DNA of 64,000 nucleotides from Chrysomallon squamiferum (taxonomy: Eukaryota > Animalia > Mollusca): assembly GCA_012295275.1 (NCBI GenBank), contig CM022672.1, positions 4,216,001 through 4,280,000 on the forward strand, read 5' to 3'. This document shows positions 55,742 to 64,000 of this stretch, piece by piece. The notes beneath the pieces are model-generated. The model made no database searches. It worked only from the letters and a program-made list of their open reading frames with translations, and was not told the origin of the DNA. Every line of letters begins with the position of its first letter. The first letter of the stretch is position 1. Made by a program: the position numbers and the translations under genes.

Positions 55742-56364
55742 GTGTCAAGATGTGTTACGAAGAAACACAGTTGCAGTTTCTAACAGTTAACAAAGTTTCT
55801 ATTATTCTTCTGGCTTGCATGATAAACGGAATTAACCAACACATCATTAAATTTGACACTTCGCCCATCTTCGTGACGTGACACCCGACTCGGCCTATCA
55901 CGTGACGCTATCGGTGATAGAGAAACAATCACGAGCGATATTGCATTGTCTGCCAGAGTCTCGGTTTTATTCGAAAACAAGGGAGATTATTTCAGCTGAC
56001 TGCACTAAATGTTACAAAAGAATTGCCTGTTTGTTCTACTGGTCAGCAGCAGGACCTCGTTATACTTCGTGAAGTCTCGACAACGATCGTCAGTGGACGC
56101 CAAAGCGCTTCAGATAACATGTTTTCGTTATCGCCGTTTTAGCACAAAAGAAGTAAAACGACAAAATATTGGATGTTGACTCATCGACCGAGTGCTGAAG
56201 TTTTGCTTTCATTTGGGATTAGAACAGACTATCGATTAGTGTATTAACATTAGACTACTTTAATCTTCAGTGAGTGTATTTGTCAGAACGAATGCATTTT
56301 AATAGTCTTTCAATCTAAATAAAAGAAAAAGAAAAAAGAAATGAATGAAGGTGGAAGAATATAG

Positions 56365-56444
<80 letters not shown>

Positions 56445-58110
56445 AACAGTAAAAAATTTCAAGAAGAAACAGAAAGGGAAATTGTGTATGTATGTGTTTT
56501 TGTGTATGTTTCGTAAGAGATAATGTATATTTCTTTATTATAAGCTGGACCAAATATAACTAAATGTGTATGTTTTGTGTATGCGTGCGTGTGTGTGAGT
56601 GCGTGTGTCAGAGAGAGAGAGAGAATAAAAGAGAAAGGGAAAGTTTGGATGTGTGGGGGAGCACGTTGTAAGAGATAAATAAGTGTATGTCTCTACAAGA
56701 ATGTGAGTGGATGTGTGTGTATATATTAGTTTACAGTGTTTATATATTTTGTGAACGATTAGCATGCGATAACTAGCACTCTTTGTTCCATGTTTATGAG
56801 ATGTAACTGAATTGTCGTGACTTTTAAACATTTAGTATGACTCACTTAAAACCTTTCTCCTTAGAGCCAAATTTTCACCTTTTGTTTTTAAACGAACGTG
56901 TATCGTTTGCCTGACCGTGTTCATTATAATTTACAAAACCTGGTAATTATCAGGCAACTATATCTTACTTCAAATAATGGTCAAAATATATTTGACTTTT
57001 TTTTATAATTTACAACATAATAGTAGCAACAATCAAAACTAGTTTTAAATTTCACTTTTAAAACTTGTCAACTTTCTTTAAAAAGGAAAAACAAATACAA
57101 AAATAACAAGTGTTCTTAACGATCACAATACACGGTATTTTTATCTTTTTTACTCCTTTTTCACATGTAAGTATTAATTTGAGGTTTCTATTTCATCTGA
57201 AACAGATCTTTTTTTTTTGCGGTTGTTTTTTTTTTCTTTTTTTTTCGGGTTTATATTACTCACCCGATAACCTATTGTGGTCAAAATAAACAAGGGCAGA
57301 TTACTCCCAAGGCATTGTGAAATGACCAAATGCCAGTCTATTTTGATACGCTTTGATACACATACAAATAAAGCATCATGGATAATATGACACTCCCTGC
57401 TTTAAATATTTTATTACTTGACGAAAACAGTTAATAAAAGAAATATAAGCTTATCAAATATTATACTCACTAACTTAATTTATATTTTATTATTTGTTAA
57501 AATTGTTATACCTTTGCACCTGTATCAAATGGCGACATTATTAGATCGTCTAGTCTACGAGGTTGTCGTGTATGTGTTAAACAACCCACTCGTCATAAAC
57601 TCATCCATCATCCTTTCTTTTGAACTGTTTATTTATTTTTAATAATCTGTCCATCTATTTCTAACCATATACACATCCGTGTCTTGAACATATTATTCCC
57701 ATTCACTTAAACTTTCAGGCGTTATGTCCACGTTCGTCTGTCCATTGTCCATTCGTCTATCCATTCCTCTGATCAGCTGTTTTTCTTTTTTCTTCCAGTG
57801 TTTTATTTCTAATCCAAGTTAAAAATAATAAATAAATAAACAAAAGAAATAAAGCAAGAAAGAAAGGGGAAAAAAAAAATAAAATAAATAATAATAGCAT
57901 TATAATACCTGTCCTATTTTCAGTTAATATTAGTAAAAGCTGTAAGAAAAAAGAACCAAACTTCCTGGACACATCGGTTCACAATGAAAAAATTTATATT
58001 TCACTTAAAGTCTGTAACGATTTTTTTTTAAATTTTACTACCTGCAAGAGGAAAAGCTGTATAGTGATGTGTTGTTGTTCTTATTGTTATTATTATTATT
58101 AATAGTAGTC

Positions 58111-58144
<34 letters not shown>

Positions 58145-58466
58145 CAGTAATAGTAGTAGTAATTAAGATCTCACCGTTCTTCGTTACATTTTATTTCTGA
58201 TTATTATATTCTAACATAAACATCTAGGTGAAAGGTTGAATTGATGTCACATTTTCATTTTGCTGACAAACTAACAAAAGCTTCATGATAAGATAGCAGC
58301 AACTACTTACCTATACTCCAATTAAAATAATAATTTGAACACTAATGATAAAAAAACATAAAAACTGTATAGACAGTAATAAAATTATTATCAGAGCTAA
58401 AAGTTTTGTACCGAAAACTAATTTTTCAAGCCAAAATTAGGGTACTTGGAATACCAGAACACCAAT

Positions 58467-58504
<38 letters not shown>

Positions 58505-59811
58505 ATGTATTGTTCTAATAGTGAAATAACGTGGTGTAAGCTCTACATAATGATTCGCGTTCGTTGTGGTTAACCATTCCAAGTTTTCAACATGATGACG
58601 CACCGAGGTCGTAAATAAAAATATATGTTAATATAACACATGATACGTTTACGTACAAATGTACACAGAAGGAAATCATTGGTGTCAGGTTTTAAGACTC
58701 GTACAGAGAACCGTGCTATAGAAAGAGGAACCGTAGAACCGCATACAAGTACATGTATCATATTTAACAGTTCATAAATTTATGTAGAAATTTGCGCCAA
58801 AGATAATAACCGGTGTCGGGTGGCAAAGATCAAGACTGAGTTTGTGAGTAAGGGCAGAGAGAGAGAGAAGTGCATTCTTTAAGATGCTCAACTTTCGAGA
58901 AAAAAGCCACGCGTGGATTAATCTTTGTTTCTTTTTTTTTTTTCTTTCATTATGTTCGAATCTGAAGATTTCTACTTGGATGTTTTTTTTTTCCACACTC
59001 GCGTGCTCTAAACCGTGTCCGTGACATTGGGGTGTTCACGGTTTACCGGATTCCGGTTAACTGGTCTGAGAGAGACGGACAACACGGAGATTTGGTCTTT
59101 GCAGGAGGTTAGTTACGGTTTGCTGGAGTGCTCGTACTGTTTTCACGCTTGCTTCCTTTTAAAGGCGATTTGTTGTTGAAGTGAGAATGTGGCCTCGGGT
59201 CGGGTTTTGTTACTTTTGAAGCGATGTTTTGGAATGCAGTGATTACGCAAACTGTTTAAAAAGAAGAAGAAAAAAACCCACCAACGTATTGGTGTCAAAA
59301 GAATCCGGGATTCCGAAACATTTGAATGCAATGACCACATTACAAACGTACTGAGTTCTTTTGTTGATTCCCAATTAGGAACAACAAAAGAAGGACCACC
59401 AGCATAAAAAAAAAAAAAAAAAAAAAAAAAAATCACCACCACCAACAACAACAGCAACAACAACAACAACAACATCAGTTTAATTAAAGAACCATGAAGG
59501 AACAAAAATATCCATAGCTGCCTAGTATTATTGTTCCGTACCAGTTTCAGTTTTCCGTTCCAAGCTGTGCTCCTTTGTGACCTACAGTGTACACAGTTCG
59601 TGACTACTCATGCGCATACATAGTAAGATCAGATTGTTATCTTCAGCTTTAACTTGCTACAGAAAAAGAGTCGAATGTCAGATCAGTTTTCTTGTGAAAC
59701 TAGAACGGTCTGTGTACTATTAGATATACAGCCAGACAGGGAATAAAGACAAAGAGAGAGAGGAAACTGATCGTCTGTCAGACTCAAATTAAAAAGTACG
59801 CGAGAGAGAGA

Positions 59812-59915
<104 letters not shown>

Positions 59916-61832
59916 ATGTATATGTAATGATACAAAAAATAATAAAAATAAAATAAAATAAAATAAGAAATAAAATACCCTATCTCTTTCTCTCTCTCTC
60001 TCATTCACTCACACACACACACACACATACATACACGTGCGCATTCAGATACATATTCACACACATCAAATCCCATCGCATACAAGTGCATAAGCACCAC
60101 ACACAAAATTAAATTAATTCTATCGTTACTGGGTTTTATTTTAACATTAGGATTTAAAAAAAAAAAAAAAAAAAAAACCCCCAGTTATATACTGTATTCA
60201 CATACAAACACTTTTAAAATTCAAACAGCAACTGAACGCTTTAAACAAGGTCAGTAGACGCTTGAATAATAAATAGATATTCTACCGTTACAAGTGTCAT
60301 GTTCTAGGGTGGAGTGCGGGAGGGGGGAGGGCGAACACTGCGTGATAGATAATTTCTACTATCGCTTGCGTCACGAGTGAGGGAGAAGGGGCGAAGACAG
60401 CTAATAATAACGATAATTACTTACGCTTTCGCTAATGTTGCGTGAACGCGATGGGTGAAAAGGAGGGACGATAAAAATAATGATAATCAAGCTATCGCTA
60501 CGGTATCTGTGCTTGGGTGGGGCTGGTGTAGGGGGAAAGGACTGCGTGATAAAAAGGCTGTGGTTACACAGCGTTGTAAAAGGACGGAGAGAGGTCAGAG
60601 GGACAGAGACTGTAATAAGAGGCAACGTAAATACTTCCTGTTGTAATGTTATGTAAACAGAATACAAGCAAGAAAACTCAGAAGTAGTCAGTGCATTAAA
60701 TAATAAATGATCGATTTACAAAATCTAACTTTGGTAGTGGTAGTAGTGGTGGTGATAGTAGTAACAGCAGCTGCAGTTTTGTTACAATTACTGTTATTCA
60801 GTTACTGTTATATTTATCGTTACTATTATTAATGATGGTGACTATATACTATATCATAGAGTTATACATGTTGAATACTTGAGTTAAACCTCACAGTAAC
60901 AGTTTAAATTATTCAAATTAACCCACATTCGTGGGTACGCATTCTTGAGCGATCGAATGACAAAATGAAGCCAAAGAAAAATTCGACACAACTGACGTTC
61001 GTCTTAGATGCTGTTTTCTAACTCGATTTTGCTTAAATAACAAATTCTAATGAACCACACGTTAATAATGTGCTAATTATTAACGTTCGTTATGTATTTA
61101 ATATAGCACTTACTTTCATATTTTTATTACAAATTCAGGAATGAAAATAAAATATCGTTGACAGGTTTATTGTTATTATTTATTCGCTTATAAAATATTC
61201 CATTAAATATGTGTCTGCGTTGCAGTTCTGCTCTATCGAGTTTAAATACCTTAACGGGAAACCATTTGAACCGGGGCCTAGGGAGGCAAGCGCTTTTAGA
61301 CCAAACAAAAGAAGATGATAATCGCAACGAAGCCTTTTGTTAATATGTGTGCTGACAATAAATTCAACGTTCTGGGCACTAGTAAACTTAAATTTGTTTT
61401 TGTCATGGATGAAGTACTGTTTGAGACTGTCGTTATCGTTATTAAAGACACGTACCGTTCAGGCGGTCGTAATTTGACTAATATAAGTAGAAACAATGGT
61501 GGCAAAATAAGAGCGTTAGTACTGCATAACATGGATCACGAGTATTCGTGATGATAATAGTAGTCACATGCTCTAACGTAATAGTCACACAGCTGAACAC
61601 TGGTATCTGCAGAGTAAGTCGTTACCCATATTAGCGGCACAGAGAGAATATCACTGTAATAGTTACAGTAGGAATAGCAGATTAGCAGTAGTAACAGTAG
61701 CAGAATGTAACAGTAATAGCGGTGGGTTAGAAGCGACAATAATCTGGTATTAGTAGTAGTATGATAACAGTATTAGTAGTAGTAGTTATTGCCATATATA
61801 TTTCTCTATATATGCATCTATATCTATACCCA

Positions 61833-61863
<31 letters not shown>

Positions 61864-61875
61864 ATATATATATAC

Positions 61876-61953
<78 letters not shown>

Positions 61954-63364
61954 AATGAATATCTGTTTATATGCAGGCATGTGTATATATATAGATTTAT
62001 ATACTAAGGCGTGTGAATATGTCTTGTGTGAACAATAACGTTTTAAAAGATCAACACACTTTTCCATATTAACATGTTTATGTTATATAACCCGTGCTAC
62101 GAAGTGGCGTGTTTTTCCCATGAAAACTAATAATTTATTTTTTTGTTCACCGTTAGAACCAGTTTCATACAACAAAAGGCGTTTCTCAGGTGAGAACAAA
62201 AAGCTCACCTGGATGGGGCCCCGGTTCTATGAAACTTGATTCGTTGTTATGTGACCTTAACGGTTACTATAGAGAAACAGAGCACTGAAATTTATATTTG
62301 TTGAAATTTCAGAATGACTCATCATAATATCACAAAAGACTCCAACGGTATTTTTTATATTATTTTTTTTATATATTTTTTTTTCTTCTTCTTGTTCTTT
62401 CATTCTTCAAAATTTATATGTATATCTACTTTTTTCTTTTTTTTCTTTTTTTTTATGGGCTGTAATTTAATTTCCATCATGTTGAGGTCTGCTGCGCATT
62501 GAACAAAAGCTCGGTTTATTTTCGTTTGAAAAACATGTCATTCGAGATGGGGATAACGGTAAACAGAAGGTCAAAGAAATTGTTTTAAACTGCGGTCCCG
62601 TTAGATTCTCGTGTCATGTTGCTAAGGAATACGTGAAGAAAATAACCTTCAGAAACTCGCCATCCGTGAATTTAAAACAGAAAAGAAAACGCAAAAGAAA
62701 AAGAAAAACAGTAGCAATCAAATTATGTGGCTCAGGTTTGCTCCAGAATATACCCAGGGAAATGGGGATTCGAAGGGTGCAGGATAAAATCTGCTGGGTC
62801 AGAGTGAATAAATAGTGTTACTAATACCATTAATACATTAAAAACTTCATTAACTATATGCAGTGTCACTTCCATTATAAAACATCTACTTGCAGTAACA
62901 CAACTAAACAACAATTAATTCTACTACATCAGCGACAACAATTACTACAGTTACTAAAACTACCACAACAACTGTTACTACTATATACTACTACTATATA
63001 CTACTGTATACTAGATATATTTCTAAAGCAAATAGCATTGTCATTAAATTTAATGTCTAATGGTGATGTCTGATAATGGTTTGTAATTTTGTCCTCTTTT
63101 TTTTCTATTTGTGTAACGTACTCATGCCAGTTCTGGATCTCTCGTCCGAATTTCTTGTGACCAGAAATACTTCGGATCTCTGAATGTTTTGGATTTTGGG
63201 ATAAAAATTATAAGGAATAGGATCTAAATTTAAATACTCAGTCGATTTGTATTTCATATAATCATAAACAGTTTCTGTAAAGTCGGCGGGTATTATTATT
63301 ATTTAATTATTTTGAGTAGGAAACTTCGTTAAATTATTTCGGATAGTAAGAATTGAACAGTACG

Positions 63365-63437
63365 GGTTTCGTGGTGTAGTGGTTATCACGTCTGCTTCAC
63401 ACGCAGAAGGTCGCGAGTTCGAGCCTCGCCGGAACCT
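63365..63437 (+). tRNA. tRNA-Val (anticodon CAC)
   Basis: 73 nt cloverleaf. Acceptor GGTTTCG/CGGAACC, D arm GTGT-AGTGGTTA-TCAC, anticodon arm TCTGC-TT[CAC]AC-GCAGA (anticodon 63398-63400), T arm GCGAG-TTCGAGC-CTCGC. No intron. Confidence 0.95.
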
Positions 63438-63643
63438 TGTTTATCTTTCATTTGTTAAATGTTTCTTTGTTTTTAGTCCCTAATTTGCCACGGTATTATA
63501 AAGCGTTTTTGTAATACCTTGTTACGTTTTTATCTTATAAAAACTACTGTTATAATTACCACTGTTACTACTATTACTGTCAACATCACCAACATTATTA
63601 TTTACTTAATGAATTGAATAAGAATGTTTAAAAGGCTTTCAAA

Positions 63644-63710
<67 letters not shown>

Positions 63711-64000
63711 CATGTATAATCATGAGGATCGTGGTTCAAATCCTGCTTGTAGAATGGCTTGTCTGTATTATAGCGGAATAAAGCTCGTTTTTCGTATCAT
63801 GATAACATTTCCTTTCTAATTAATCTCTTTTCTTCGATAAGTACGCTTATTCGACAACACAGTACTTGCGTGGCAGTTATGCCTACCTGATTTCAACAGA
63901 CACTGGAAAATGGAATCAAAATGCCAAACTGTTATCAGCTGGATAGAAAGTATTGTCGGAAGTAATAATAATGGAGTCGACCGGTACCAGACGTCTGATT

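Noticed and set aside
61536-61553. Near-perfect 18-bp palindrome ATCACGAGTATTCGTGAT
   Set aside because: An isolated short hairpin with no supporting context. One such case is unsurprising in 64 kb.
63724-63745. B-box-like GGTTCAAATCC, possible second tRNA
   Set aside because: The 5' half is replaced by (CA)n and there is no cloverleaf. At most a SINE fragment.
63976-63988. Overlapping SalI/AgeI/KpnI sites suggesting a vector polylinker
   Set aside because: Only 13 bp with genomic-looking flanks. Compatible with chance.

Overview
AT-rich, microsatellite-dense animal genomic DNA. It is not prokaryotic, and repeat content suggests a lophotrochozoan, probably a mollusc (inference). The left ~40 kb holds the 5' part of a minus-strand gene for cytosolic purine 5'-nucleotidase cN-II (NT5C2). 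I find a probable non-coding first exon at ~39956-40090 and four coding exons read by hand (35463-35554, 31839-31912, 20806-20923, 16104-16199). They splice in frame to [127 protein letters not shown]..., and the gene runs off the left edge. None of these exons is in the ORF track. The gene body is visibly CpG-depleted and the DNA right of ~39.6 kb is not, as expected for an invertebrate gene-body-methylation boundary. The right 24 kb has no protein I can recognise. It contains a tRNA-Val(CAC), a hAT-type MITE, a consensus CTCF site and several promoter-like motif clusters. Nearly all long ORFs in the track are simple-repeat artefacts. I see no clear evidence of a wholly new system. The best leads lie inside the >16 kb NT5C2 intron: a phase-compatible candidate alternative first exon, a triple CCAAT array with exact 32-bp spacing, and a CpG-retaining exon-like island.
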